Below are positions 18,778 through 27,339 of a DNA stretch of 64,000 nt, piece by piece. Made by a program: the position numbers and the translations under genes. Each line of letters starts with the position of its first letter. The stretch's first letter is position 1. Location of the stretch: positions 4,235 to 68,234 of the forward strand of contig RFFQ01000003.1 of assembly GCA_003697105.1 (NCBI GenBank). The letters run 5' to 3'. This stretch comes from Gemmatimonadota bacterium. GTDB taxonomy: Bacteria; 4572-55; J002. The notes below the pieces were generated by a model, which was not told the DNA's origin, did not search any database, and saw nothing but the letters and a program-made list of their open reading frames with translations.

Positions 18778-20550
18778 CTAAGGGATTATGGTTTCAATTT
18801 GTTCCCCACAGCGGAGCATCTGCGCACCAAAATAGGGATTTTCCACACCCGGTTTATTTTGCAACCAATCCGCCCCCTGGTCCCCGAATGCCATCGGGCA
18901 ATGAAAAACCAACACCGGTTGAGTATCGCTAATGTCAAATTGTTTCGCCACGGAAATCAGTGTCGTGGAGAGTTTCTCAAACTTCGTACGGGCAATGTCG
19001 ATAACAATGGCACGCGCTATACCGGCGGCGTTATCTTTTAGCACTGGTAAATGGCTCATCCATAGATGGTGGGCGTCATCTTGTAACACGCTCATATCCA
19101 CGTTTTCCAAAGCACGAGTCATGGCGTTTCCAGCGGCTTTGGCGTCCTCTAAATTATCATGACTGAGGGCTTGCTGTATCTCAAAATAGGCGGAAAACAC
19201 GGCATCCAATTGGCGCTGAAACACGGGTGGTACTTCCAGCAATGAGGGGGGAGATGATGCCGCTACCGGAGTCCTCGCCACCGGCATCTCCCCATGCTGA
19301 TGGGCGGACGAGGTTGCACCCCCTTCTGGATTCATCATACTCGGTTTGGCAAGGATTTGCAACGCACTATCAATCTTGAAGTTACCATAAGTGACAACGT
19401 GTTCACCTTCACCGAGTCCTCGCTTGACAATGTAGAAATCACCCACGCGGTCACCCAACACGATTTCGCGCCCTTCAAACACACCTTCTTGTTCGGGGTC
19501 TGCCACATACACAACGGCACGTTTCCCGGTAATCAAGGGTGCTGAAGCGGGGATAACCAGTGGGGGTCTTGTCGTGCTGGGATCGGCTTGGAGGAGGGCC
19601 CGCACGAACATTTCCGGCTTGAGCTTACCCTGTGGATTCGGAACACTCACCCGGAAGTTCACTGTGCGCGTGTGAGGATTTAAAATGGGGTCAATAAATT
19701 CAATATTCCCTGTAAATGACTCACCGGGATAGGCTTCGGTGGTCAATTCTACCGGCAACCCTTCATGAATCCAGGATAAATCGGATTCATACGCCTCCAG
19801 CCAGACCCACAAATTGGAGAGGTCGGCTAAGGTGTAAATTTCGGTGCCCGTGTTGACATACATGCCTTCCACCGCATTCTTATGGGTCACGATACCGCTG
19901 GCGGGCGCTAACACCGTAATATGGTCTTCCGCCGAGCCTCGATCTTGGATGGCTTGAATCTGAGCGGCGGAGAGTCCAAATAGTTCTAGTTTTTTCCGGC
20001 TGGCATTCACCAGCACGTCAGACTTCAACCGTAATGCTTGCAAATACTCTTCTTGCAAGGTCAACAGCTTCGGGCTGTAAACATCCGCCACCGGTTGACC
20101 GTTGTTGACGGTGGTACCGGTAAAATCAATATGTAATTTGTCAATCCGGCCCGGGATCCAGGCGGTGATTTTGGTCAGGCGGGTTTCATCCACATCCAAT
20201 TTACCGACCAGCCGTAGTTCTGCCGACAGCGCGCGGCGTTCCACGGGGGAGGTTTGAATGTGTGCCAATTTGATCGCCGCCGGTGAGAGTTTAATCTGGC
20301 GGGGATTGTCACTTTGATGGTCATCACCGGTGCTTACGGGGATCAGTTCCATGGCACAAATGGGGCACAACCCCGGCTTGGGTTGGCGGATTTGGGGGTG
20401 CATGGAGCAGGTCCATTCCGTGACCGTGGCTGTGGATTCCGGCGCTGATATGGACGGTGCCGGACTCCCACCACCGCGGACGATAAAACCGGTGGTGAAT
20501 GCCAAACCAACAAAAACCAGCAAAATTGCCCATTGTTTGCGGGTAAACAT
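18778..20550 (-). CDS. RND efflux membrane-fusion protein (CusB-like) with N-terminal heavy-metal-binding domain and C-terminal four-helix (DUF3347-like) extension
   Basis: The start was refined to the ATG at 20550, which has a GAGGTGA RBS and begins the transmembrane segment MFTRKQWAILLVFVGLAF. The N-terminal TEWTCSMHPQIRQPKPGLCPICAMEL matches the CusB-type heavy-metal-binding domain. The centre is the biotin-lipoyl/beta-barrel core of a membrane-fusion protein. The C-terminal 150 aa (LLEVPPVFQRQLDAVFSAYFEIQQAL ... AHHLW) is an additional helical metal-binding-like domain. Confidence 0.8.
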   Translation of the reverse strand: MFTRKQWAILLVFVGLAFTTGFIVRGGGSPAPSISAPESTATVTEWTCSMHPQIRQPKPGLCPICAMELIPVSTGDDHQSDNPRQIKLSPAAIKLAHIQTSPVERRALSAELRLVGKLDVDETRLTKITAWIPGRIDKLHIDFTGTTVNNGQPVADVYSPKLLTLQEEYLQALRLKSDVLVNASRKKLELFGLSAAQIQAIQDRGSAEDHITVLAPASGIVTHKNAVEGMYVNTGTEIYTLADLSNLWVWLEAYESDLSWIHEGLPVELTTEAYPGESFTGNIEFIDPILNPHTRTVNFRVSVPNPQGKLKPEMFVRALLQADPSTTRPPLVIPASAPLITGKRAVVYVADPEQEGVFEGREIVLGDRVGDFYIVKRGLGEGEHVVTYGNFKIDSALQILAKPSMMNPEGGATSSAHQHGEMPVARTPVAASSPPSLLEVPPVFQRQLDAVFSAYFEIQQALSHDNLEDAKAAGNAMTRALENVDMSVLQDDAHHLWMSHLPVLKDNAAGIARAIVIDIARTKFEKLSTTLISVAKQFDISDTQPVLVFHCPMAFGDQGADWLQNKPGVENPYFGAQMLRCGEQIETIIP

Positions 20551-20677
20551 GTAAATCACCTCACAGTTAGGAAGTTTAAAATAGGTCACAACGACCCCAA
20601 GAGAAGGCACAGCGAATCCAATACCGTCCTCATAGAGCCGGGCGAATTAAAGAAAATCACCTAAACTGAGAGGGGAA

Positions 20678-21046
20678 TCAAATGATCAGAGGTGGCGAAA
20701 ATCCGGGGAAAATTAGTGTGGGATACGGTATGGCGAGATCAGCGTAAGTGAGGGATTCCCAAGTGACACATTGCAGGGAACTTTCAGGTTGAACACCAAG
20801 GGTAAAAATGGGGGAAAGTACCTGATCGGAGATCGATGGTTGCTCAACCAAGATATGGCAACAGGGAGTTTGCGCCAACCCGTCTGCGGTAGGGCGGGGA
20901 ACGGCACAGCATGAGCTGGCATCACCCCCGGTATACACCTGCACCTCTTGAAAATCTCGCATCAGACAGGTGTGATACTGCAATGGCAGCCCGAGGGTCG
21001 CAACACTGTAAATCAGAATAAAAATAAATGATACAGATTGACGCAT
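20678..21046 (-). CDS. Small secreted Cys-rich protein, paralogue A (HTC / SCC / PCCH motifs)
   Basis: 122 aa with signal peptide MRQSVSFIFILIYSVATLGLP, then YHTCLM ... SSCCAV ... TADG ... TPCCHIL ... SPP. It is homologous to 24401..24775. The ATG has a GGAG RBS. Confidence 0.5.
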   Translation of the reverse strand: MRQSVSFIFILIYSVATLGLPLQYHTCLMRDFQEVQVYTGGDASSCCAVPRPTADGLAQTPCCHILVEQPSISDQVLSPIFTLGVQPESSLQCVTWESLTYADLAIPYPTLIFPGFSPPLII

Positions 21047-21062
21047 GAAAACTCCAAAGAAA

Positions 21063-21083
21063 GCGGCACAACACGTGCGCCGC
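21063..21083 (-). terminator. GC-rich hairpin between the 38-aa basic ORF and Cys-rich gene A (possible attenuator or terminator)
   Basis: GCGGCAC-aacac-GTGCGCCGC stem-loop, followed on the minus strand by UUUCUUUGG. The downstream RBS overlaps, so function is uncertain. Confidence 0.3.
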
Positions 21084-21092
21084 TTGCAGAAC

Positions 21093-21209
21093 CTACTTTT
21101 TCGGTTTATCCAACTGAGCGTTTAATTTCGCGTTCAGTGCGGCTTTTTTTCGCTTGAGATAGGCTTTGCGGCGTTTACGCTTACGGTGTACCCGGTGCGG
21201 TTTACTCAT
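21093..21209 (-). CDS. 38-aa highly basic small protein (candidate ribosome- or nucleic-acid-associated micro-protein)
   Basis: ATG with a strong GGAGGTGA RBS 4 nt upstream. Product is MSKPHRVHRKRKRRKAYLKRKKAALNAKLNAQLDKPKK, about 45% K/R. It is absent from the ORF track, which reports only ORFs of at least 60 aa. Confidence 0.4.
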   Translation of the reverse strand: MSKPHRVHRKRKRRKAYLKRKKAALNAKLNAQLDKPKK

Positions 21210-21302
21210 AGTTCACCTCCTTTCCCGAACATAGAAGATAAGTAATTGACATCACTACAATTAAATAAAATTCTGGAAAAGAGGCAAGGCTTAATTTACC
21301 GC

Positions 21303-21689
21303 TTACAGACGTTCAATAACCTTTTTCAGACGAGATTGCACCTCTTGGGCAACCGTCCCCAGTTGGTCGTTTTGTATGGCTTGCATCGAAGCCAACGGGT
21401 CAACGGCGGCAACCTCAATGCGACCATCATCCAATTGTTGGACAATTACATTACAGGGTAACATGGTGCCAATTTTATCCTCTGCCAACAGTGCCTTATG
21501 GGCAAACGGCGGGTTACAGGCGCCCAAAATACGGTAAGGACGGAAATCCACATCCAGTTTTTTCTTTAAGGTCGCCTTGACATCTATTTCGGTGAGAATA
21601 CCAAATCCTTCTTTTTGGAGTTCTTCCGTAACCCGTTGTATCGCTTGATCAAACGTAGTATCTAAGATCGTGTTAAAGTAGTAACTCAT
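21303..21689 (-). CDS. DUF302-family protein
   Basis: 128 aa: MSYYFNTILDTTFDQAIQRVTEELQKEGFGILTEIDVKATLKKKL ... matches the DUF302 fold pattern. Confidence 0.65.
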   Translation of the reverse strand: MSYYFNTILDTTFDQAIQRVTEELQKEGFGILTEIDVKATLKKKLDVDFRPYRILGACNPPFAHKALLAEDKIGTMLPCNVIVQQLDDGRIEVAAVDPLASMQAIQNDQLGTVAQEVQSRLKKVIERL

Positions 21690-21703
21690 TGATAAACCTC
21701 ATA

Positions 21704-22294
21704 TTAGGCATTAGGGTTTAGAGTAGATTGAAGCCGTGCTTTGATCGGTTCCCACTCAGTAGCTAAGATACGGTAATAGACCGAATCCCGGTAGCGACCA
21801 TCCGGTAAAATCATGTGATGGTGTAAAATCCCTTCTTGTTTCGCACCAAGCCGCTCAATTGCCCGCCGGGAACGGGTATTGAGTACATCCGTTTTGAATT
21901 CGACCCGGATGCAATTCCAGACCTCAAAGGCATGGGTCAGCATCAACCATTTTGCTTCGGTATTCACGGCGGTGCGTTGAAATCGGGGTGTAATCCAGGT
22001 CCAGCCAATTTCGACGCGTCGGTGTTCCGGTGCGATATTACCAAAGCGAGTGGAACCAACAACCGTATTGGTGGCGGTATGCACTGTGACAAAAGGCAAC
22101 GCAACGCCTTGTGCTTGTTGGTCCAATGCCGCACTAACATAAGCCACCATATCTTCAGGGGTGGCGACGATACTCGTCATATACTCCCATATTTCAGGGT
22201 AATTTGCCGCTTGGAACAGTGCCGGAATATGATCGCGCGTCAGTGGCTCTAACCGGACAAACGGCCCTTCCAAAATAACCGGTTCAATCTTCAT
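21704..22294 (-). CDS. GNAT-family N-acetyltransferase (RimJ/RimL-like)
   Basis: 196 aa. The pattern EPLTRDHIPALFQAANYPEIWEYM ... matches GNAT acetyltransferases of the RimL type. Confidence 0.7.
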   Translation of the reverse strand: MKIEPVILEGPFVRLEPLTRDHIPALFQAANYPEIWEYMTSIVATPEDMVAYVSAALDQQAQGVALPFVTVHTATNTVVGSTRFGNIAPEHRRVEIGWTWITPRFQRTAVNTEAKWLMLTHAFEVWNCIRVEFKTDVLNTRSRRAIERLGAKQEGILHHHMILPDGRYRDSVYYRILATEWEPIKARLQSTLNPNA

Positions 22295-22355
22295 AAATAA
22301 AACCGAAATCCTGCCGCCAGGATGATTTTAGCAACCTCCTGGCGGCATAGATTAA

Positions 22356-23063
22356 TTAGTGGTTATGCCCCGAATGGTCTGATTTACTCTTGGTATCATC
22401 CATTTTATGGGCTTCATCATGCTTCATACCCTCTTTTTGGGGTGCTTCGGCAAAGATAATACCTTCTGCTTCCAGTTCCGTCATTCGTTCTTCGGTCATT
22501 TTGGATTCACAACTGGCGCAACAAAAATAGACCCGCTTCCCGTTTATATCTTTATACACTTCCTTGTCGATGGGATTTCCCATGATCGGACACACCGATT
22601 GCAAATGTGCCACGGTAATGCCCTTATCCGCCATTTCTTTGGCATATTTATCAAAATTGGCTTCGACATCTTTGTTGCAGTCGGCACAACAGGTGTAAAT
22701 TCGTTGCCCATCTTTATCCACATACGAATTTTTATCAATTTCATGCCCGCTTATAGGGCAGGTGGTTTGTAATTTGACCCCGGTGTTGCCTTCTTCCGTA
22801 CTCGCCTTTAATTTTTCCATATACTTATCGGGATTTGCTTCAAAGGCTTCTTTACAGTCGGCGCAACAAAAATAGACCTTTTGCCCATTATGCATAACAA
22901 ACACAGAGGGGTCAACCGCTTCACCACCAACGGGGCAAACTTTGTTAGTAACTTCTTCAGCGGGTTTAACGTCAGCTTGTTTTGCCAGAGCAATATCCGC
23001 CGAAAAAAGTGACAGGGAAAACGCGATGATCATCGCGAACAGAAGAAATTGAATTTTACGCAT
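22356..23063 (-). CDS. Periplasmic or lipoprotein metal-binding protein with three tandem YHS/TRASH-like repeats and a His-rich tail
   Basis: The start was refined to the ATG at 23063, which has an AGGAGGA RBS and begins the signal peptide MRKIQFLLFAMIIAFSLSLF. There are three repeats of CP(V/I)xG..(V/I)D ... G(Q/K)R(V/I)YFCCA(D/S)C ... F..(N)PDKY. The tail is HDEAHKMDDTKSKSDHSGHNH. Confidence 0.6.
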   Translation of the reverse strand: MRKIQFLLFAMIIAFSLSLFSADIALAKQADVKPAEEVTNKVCPVGGEAVDPSVFVMHNGQKVYFCCADCKEAFEANPDKYMEKLKASTEEGNTGVKLQTTCPISGHEIDKNSYVDKDGQRIYTCCADCNKDVEANFDKYAKEMADKGITVAHLQSVCPIMGNPIDKEVYKDINGKRVYFCCASCESKMTEERMTELEAEGIIFAEAPQKEGMKHDEAHKMDDTKSKSDHSGHNH

Positions 23064-23079
23064 GGTAAAATCCTCCTTT

Positions 23080-24318
23080 TTAAGGGGTGTGAGAAAGCGG
23101 GCGTCCCACAATTTTTTCCAATGACGCCCAAGTTTGGTAAAATTTAGAAAGTCTCGTAACATATTGTAATTGGTGTTCTCGCAATGCTTGCTCCGCCGAA
23201 ATCAGCGTTAAAAAATCCACCAAATCGGTTTGATAAGCGGCAAGCGCCGCCGAGACCGTTTGCTCCGCTTGGGGTAGAATTTCCGTGCGGTATATCTCGA
23301 TCTGCTCTTGAAGTGCGTTCAGTTCCGCCAGTGTGGCGTTAAATTCAGCCGCTAACCGGTCTTGTATCACCTGTAATTCGGCATCCCGTTGCGCTTTTTT
23401 CTGGTGGGCACTACGGATACGAGCCGGTACATCTCCATTCGCCCACGGCAAAAACGGCAGGGTCATGGAGAATCTGCCCATCCACGCATCGTCCATACCA
23501 TTCATACGGGTGTAGCCCCCCATCAACGTAAAATCGGGTTTTGCCTGTAATTCCGCCAGATGAATATCCACATCACTTTTCTTGATCTGCAATTGAGCGG
23601 CAACCAACAGGGGCTGGGTAGCAATGAGTTTTGGCGTCAGGTAATTGGGCACACGAGGAGATTCCGACGGGACGGTTGTATGCTCCAACGGGGTTTCCAC
23701 CGGACGGTGGAGGAGTTGATTCAATGTTGCCAATGCCGACTGTCGTTGCTGCTCCAACACCAAGCGAGCCGTTTTTAGTGCCGACTGTCGCGTTTGCGCT
23801 TGCAAAACATCCGCTTGTGATGCTTGGTCTGTTACATATTTTGCCGTTGCGACCTCCACAAATTGAGCGGCAAGTTGTTGCTGTTCCGCGTTAATCTCCA
23901 ATGCCCGGTCCACTTGGTACAACTGATAATATGCTTGTTGCACCGCCGCCCGGACTTCCACCCGGCGCGCGTCGATCAGTGCATGTTGAACATTCGCCTT
24001 TGTTTCCGACTGCCGGCGCAGAGTCTTCAATTTACCCGGATAAGGAAACATTTGCTGTAACATAAACATTACTTCGCGGGTGTCGCCTACATCTGCCGGA
24101 TTAAGTGGCGTCCCCCGAAACTCGATCATAAACATCGGATCGGGGAGTTCCGAGACCGCGCGGGATGTCTCCTGCGTTGCCTGGTACGTCGCTTCTACCG
24201 CTTGAATTTGGGGATTTACAGACAACGCCATCTCAATGAGTTCGTCTACGGATTGTCCATACAGCACAGCGGGCGACATCATACTAATAAACACTATAAA
24301 AATCAATAGATTATTCAT
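23080..24318 (-). CDS. Outer-membrane efflux protein (TolC/CzcC/CusC family)
   Basis: 412 aa with a signal peptide and two-fold repeated helical/beta architecture (LNPQIQAVEATYQATQE ... and LQAQTRQSALKTARLVLEQQ...) typical of outer-membrane-factor trimers. Confidence 0.8.
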   Translation of the reverse strand: MNNLLIFIVFISMMSPAVLYGQSVDELIEMALSVNPQIQAVEATYQATQETSRAVSELPDPMFMIEFRGTPLNPADVGDTREVMFMLQQMFPYPGKLKTLRRQSETKANVQHALIDARRVEVRAAVQQAYYQLYQVDRALEINAEQQQLAAQFVEVATAKYVTDQASQADVLQAQTRQSALKTARLVLEQQRQSALATLNQLLHRPVETPLEHTTVPSESPRVPNYLTPKLIATQPLLVAAQLQIKKSDVDIHLAELQAKPDFTLMGGYTRMNGMDDAWMGRFSMTLPFLPWANGDVPARIRSAHQKKAQRDAELQVIQDRLAAEFNATLAELNALQEQIEIYRTEILPQAEQTVSAALAAYQTDLVDFLTLISAEQALREHQLQYVTRLSKFYQTWASLEKIVGRPLSHTP

Positions 24319-24400
24319 GATTCAACCTGTTTTGGAATGAATAGAAATCGAACCGGTTTCAACCAGAATCCGAAAACCAGCCATCAACCAAACGGGTGAA

Positions 24401-24775
24401 TCAATTGAGCAGGGGTAAGTTTACAGGGGGAGAAATATTGAGGAGACGGACATCCATCGGAAGTTCCGGTAAAGTGATCTCCGGCAAATCATGGTCCACA
24501 AGCGCCAGTGTGGGGGAAGCAACTCCCATAAATTCAGCGGGAACGTTAAAGACAAACAGGTCTGTTGCCAGAAGATCGATAGCGAGATGGCAACAGGGTA
24601 CTTTATTCCATCCATCCGCGGTGGTGGCTCCGGCACAACAGGATCGAACGGGGTGTCCCCACATCATTTCTGTATCGATTCGCCCGCTCATATCACAGGT
24701 ATGAACGGCAATCGAGACACCCAATAACGGGGTCAAAAAGACAACTAAGATGAAAAGAGTTACCAGTTTACGCAT
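24401..24775 (-). CDS. Small secreted Cys-rich protein, paralogue B (HTC / SCC / PCCH motifs)
   Basis: 124 aa with signal peptide MRKLVTLFILVVFLTPLLGVSIA, then VHTCDM ... RSCCAG ... TADG ... VPCCHLA ... SPP. It is the first gene of the minus-strand operon that also carries the TolC-like and triple-YHS genes. Confidence 0.5.
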   Translation of the reverse strand: MRKLVTLFILVVFLTPLLGVSIAVHTCDMSGRIDTEMMWGHPVRSCCAGATTADGWNKVPCCHLAIDLLATDLFVFNVPAEFMGVASPTLALVDHDLPEITLPELPMDVRLLNISPPVNLPLLN

Positions 24776-24898
24776 GAGGACTTACCAACATAACGTGGTT
24801 AAGGCTTGAATTATAAAGCAAGCATACCCTCTTCGGATCACAATTTTATCACGTAGTCATCAAAAGTTGCACAATAGCACGTCTCATTACGGGGGGCA

Positions 24899-25933
24899 TC
24901 AGACCCATCCCTGACTTTTCAGAGTTTCGCCTTCAGCACTAATCACCAAGCCCTCGCAAGAGGGCATTTGATTGATAAAATGGATACCCTGCTCTGGGGA
25001 CATCACAAAGACGGTTGTAGATAATGCATCGGCTTCCATAACCGAACGTGCCCGCACGGAAACACTGGCATTCAACTGCGGGGATTTCCCGCTCACGGGG
25101 TTGACAATATGGTGGAATAGCTTCTCTTGATCGTAATAAATTTCATAATTTCCGGAGGTAGCCACCGCACCGTCATTCATGGCGAAAATTGCCGGGTAGT
25201 GTCCTTTTTTGGCGGGGTCTTCCACGGCAACCGTCCACGCATGAGCACCTTCTTTTTTCCCTTGCGTGATAATATCTCCACCCGCATTGATCAAGAAATG
25301 TTCAACCCCATATCGCCGGAGCACCGCCGCCGCCCGATCCACAATGTAGCCTTTCGCGATGCCATCCAAGGTGATACCCATACCCGGTTTGGCAAACCGA
25401 ATCCCCGATATATCCCAGTGAATGTTACGTGCATCCACACGGGTTAAAACGGATTCCAATTCATCCCCGACCAACTGACCTTTTGTGGACTGAAACAGAT
25501 CGACCAGTGGTAGTACCGTGATGTCAAATAAACCGTGGCTGAGCCGGTGATAGCGCAATGATTCCTGTACCAGATTCATCATTTCAGGTGGGGGATGATC
25601 CAGCGAACCCGTCTTGTTCAGGTGAAAAAGAGGGGAATCACTATCATGCCGACTCAAGATGGCACTCAGCCGGTCAATTTCGGCATACGCCTGGCCCATC
25701 GCCTCTTCTGCCCGTTGAGCAGAGGCATCAAAAAGGGTCATGGAGACGAACGTCCCCATCTGGATTCGATTATCGGCAACATGGTACAGTCTGCGGTTAA
25801 ATTTAAAGAGACCGGTGGTGGCTTGTAACGTTCCACCAGCCGCCATACCAAGTGTTAAAACCCCGCAGGCTTTGAGGAACGTTCGCCGGTCCCATTGGAG
25901 ATGTTGTGGATTACGATTTTCGGTTTCAGTCAT
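24899..25933 (-). CDS. apbE: FAD:protein FMN transferase (ApbE family), Tat-exported
   Basis: The start was refined to the ATG at 25933 (MTETENRNPQHLQWDRRTFLKACGVLTLGMAAGG), which begins a twin-arginine signal. ApbE motifs are present (GIAKGYIVD, LINAGGDI, TSGNYE). It lies downstream of the rnf genes. Confidence 0.8.
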   Translation of the reverse strand: MTETENRNPQHLQWDRRTFLKACGVLTLGMAAGGTLQATTGLFKFNRRLYHVADNRIQMGTFVSMTLFDASAQRAEEAMGQAYAEIDRLSAILSRHDSDSPLFHLNKTGSLDHPPPEMMNLVQESLRYHRLSHGLFDITVLPLVDLFQSTKGQLVGDELESVLTRVDARNIHWDISGIRFAKPGMGITLDGIAKGYIVDRAAAVLRRYGVEHFLINAGGDIITQGKKEGAHAWTVAVEDPAKKGHYPAIFAMNDGAVATSGNYEIYYDQEKLFHHIVNPVSGKSPQLNASVSVRARSVMEADALSTTVFVMSPEQGIHFINQMPSCEGLVISAEGETLKSQGWV

Positions 25934-26129
25934 GTTGAACCCACTCCATTTTCGAGTTATCAGATACCGTATGGTCACATTTGTTCTTAAAAAAACAACT
26001 GAGGCACTCCTTGCGGAATAGCTCGGTGCAGCCCTTTGAGCCTTTGTGCGCCAGCAATTGAACACCCAACCAACTGATCATCAATAGCGGAATCAGGACT
26101 CCCGCCAAAAGGAAATGGTACAGCATCAA
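25926..26129 (-). CDS. NqrM-like small membrane protein (single transmembrane helix plus four-Cys cluster)
   Basis: 67 aa: one transmembrane helix (LLAGVLIPLLMISWLGVQLL) followed by GCTELFRKECLSCFFKNKCDH. Its start overlaps rnfA by 4 nt and its stop lies 2 nt before the apbE start. The position after the rnf genes and before apbE mirrors nqrM in Na+-NQR loci. Confidence 0.45.
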   Translation of the reverse strand: MMLYHFLLAGVLIPLLMISWLGVQLLAHKGSKGCTELFRKECLSCFFKNKCDHTVSDNSKMEWVQHD

Positions 26130-26713
26130 CTACCACCCCCTAAGCCGGCAAAGCCCATGAACGCCATGGAAAGAATACCCCCCACCAACAGCACAATGGC
26201 AATCCCTTTGACAATACTCGGTGTATCTGCCAGATCAAGCTCCTCGCGGATACCCGCCATCAGCACCAGCGCCAAGGAAAACCCCGCCCCAGCACCCAGC
26301 GCAAAGAAGATAGACTGAACAAGATTATACTCCCGGCTGGTCTGAAAGAGTGCCAACCCTAAAATAGAACAGTTGGTGGTAATCAGCGGTAAGAAAATCC
26401 CTAATGCCCGAAAGAGTGCCGGGCTGAATTTTTTGATGAACATTTCCACTAATTGAACAGAGGAGGCAATCACAACGATATACGAAATCAAGCGCAAATA
26501 GGGTGCACCTATCGCTTCCAGCGCAATGTTTATCCCAAAAGCACACAGGGAACTGACCAACATCACAAATGTGACAGCCATGCCCATCCGCGAAGCCGTC
26601 TCAATCTTACCAGAAACACCCAAAAAGGGGCAAATTCCGAGAAAATAACTCAAAACAAAGTTATTGATCAAGGCGGCACTGATAAAAATAAATCCGGGCG
26701 AATCTACACTCAT
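26126..26713 (-). CDS. rnfA: Rnf complex subunit A (RnfA/NqrE family)
   Basis: 195-aa polytopic membrane protein with the characteristic RnfA sequence (NNFVLSYFLGICPFLGVS ... LPLITTNCSILGLAL). Confidence 0.85.
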   Translation of the reverse strand: MSVDSPGFIFISAALINNFVLSYFLGICPFLGVSGKIETASRMGMAVTFVMLVSSLCAFGINIALEAIGAPYLRLISYIVVIASSVQLVEMFIKKFSPALFRALGIFLPLITTNCSILGLALFQTSREYNLVQSIFFALGAGAGFSLALVLMAGIREELDLADTPSIVKGIAIVLLVGGILSMAFMGFAGLGGGS

Positions 26714-27330
26714 ACCTCACTCCTTTTCACGGATCGTTCCCGTAGCCATGCAAACAACATCAACCAGCCCCCGAGTACAAAAAAAGCGCCGCCGGGCAAG
26801 ACCATAATCACCCACGGTTCAAAATTGGCAGGCATGACCCGGAAACCGGCAAAGGTACCGCTACCGAGGACTTCGCGCACCACACCGAGACTCAACACCG
26901 CTATGGTAAATCCGAAACCCATCCCCAGCGCATCCAAAATCGATTTGAATACCCCGTTTTTGGAAGCGAAAGCCTCTGCTCGGCCCAGAATGATGCAATT
27001 TACCACAATCAGCGAAATAAACGCGCCCAACGCTTTATGAACTTCCACACTGATTGCCTGAATGAGGTATTCCACAACGGTCACAAAGGTGGCAATAATC
27101 AAAATATAGGTAGCAATCCGTACCTGTTTGGGGATCAGCTTACGAATCAAGGAAACCGAGATATTGGACATCACCAGTACAAATGTGGTTGCTAAACCCA
27201 TTGCCAGTGCATTAATGACAGAATTTGTCACCGCCAGCACCGGACACATTCCCAGCGCCATCACAAAAACGGGGTTTTCCTTCCAGATACCTTTCAAAAA
27301 AACATCCATGTTTTGCGGTTCTGCGGTCAT
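26710..27330 (-). CDS. rnfE: Rnf complex subunit E (RnfE/NqrD family)
   Basis: 206 aa: ENPVFVMALGMCPVLAVTNSVINALAMGLATTFVL ... VNCIILGRAEAFA matches RnfE. Confidence 0.85.
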   Translation of the reverse strand: MTAEPQNMDVFLKGIWKENPVFVMALGMCPVLAVTNSVINALAMGLATTFVLVMSNISVSLIRKLIPKQVRIATYILIIATFVTVVEYLIQAISVEVHKALGAFISLIVVNCIILGRAEAFASKNGVFKSILDALGMGFGFTIAVLSLGVVREVLGSGTFAGFRVMPANFEPWVIMVLPGGAFFVLGGWLMLFAWLRERSVKRSEV

Positions 27331-27339
27331 TTTTACCTC

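Noticed and set aside
24776-24898. Promoter for the Cys-rich/TolC/YHS operon (TATAAT at about 24815 on the minus strand)
   Set aside because: A good -10 hexamer exists but no convincing -35 element or regulator dyad could be assigned. It is left unannotated.
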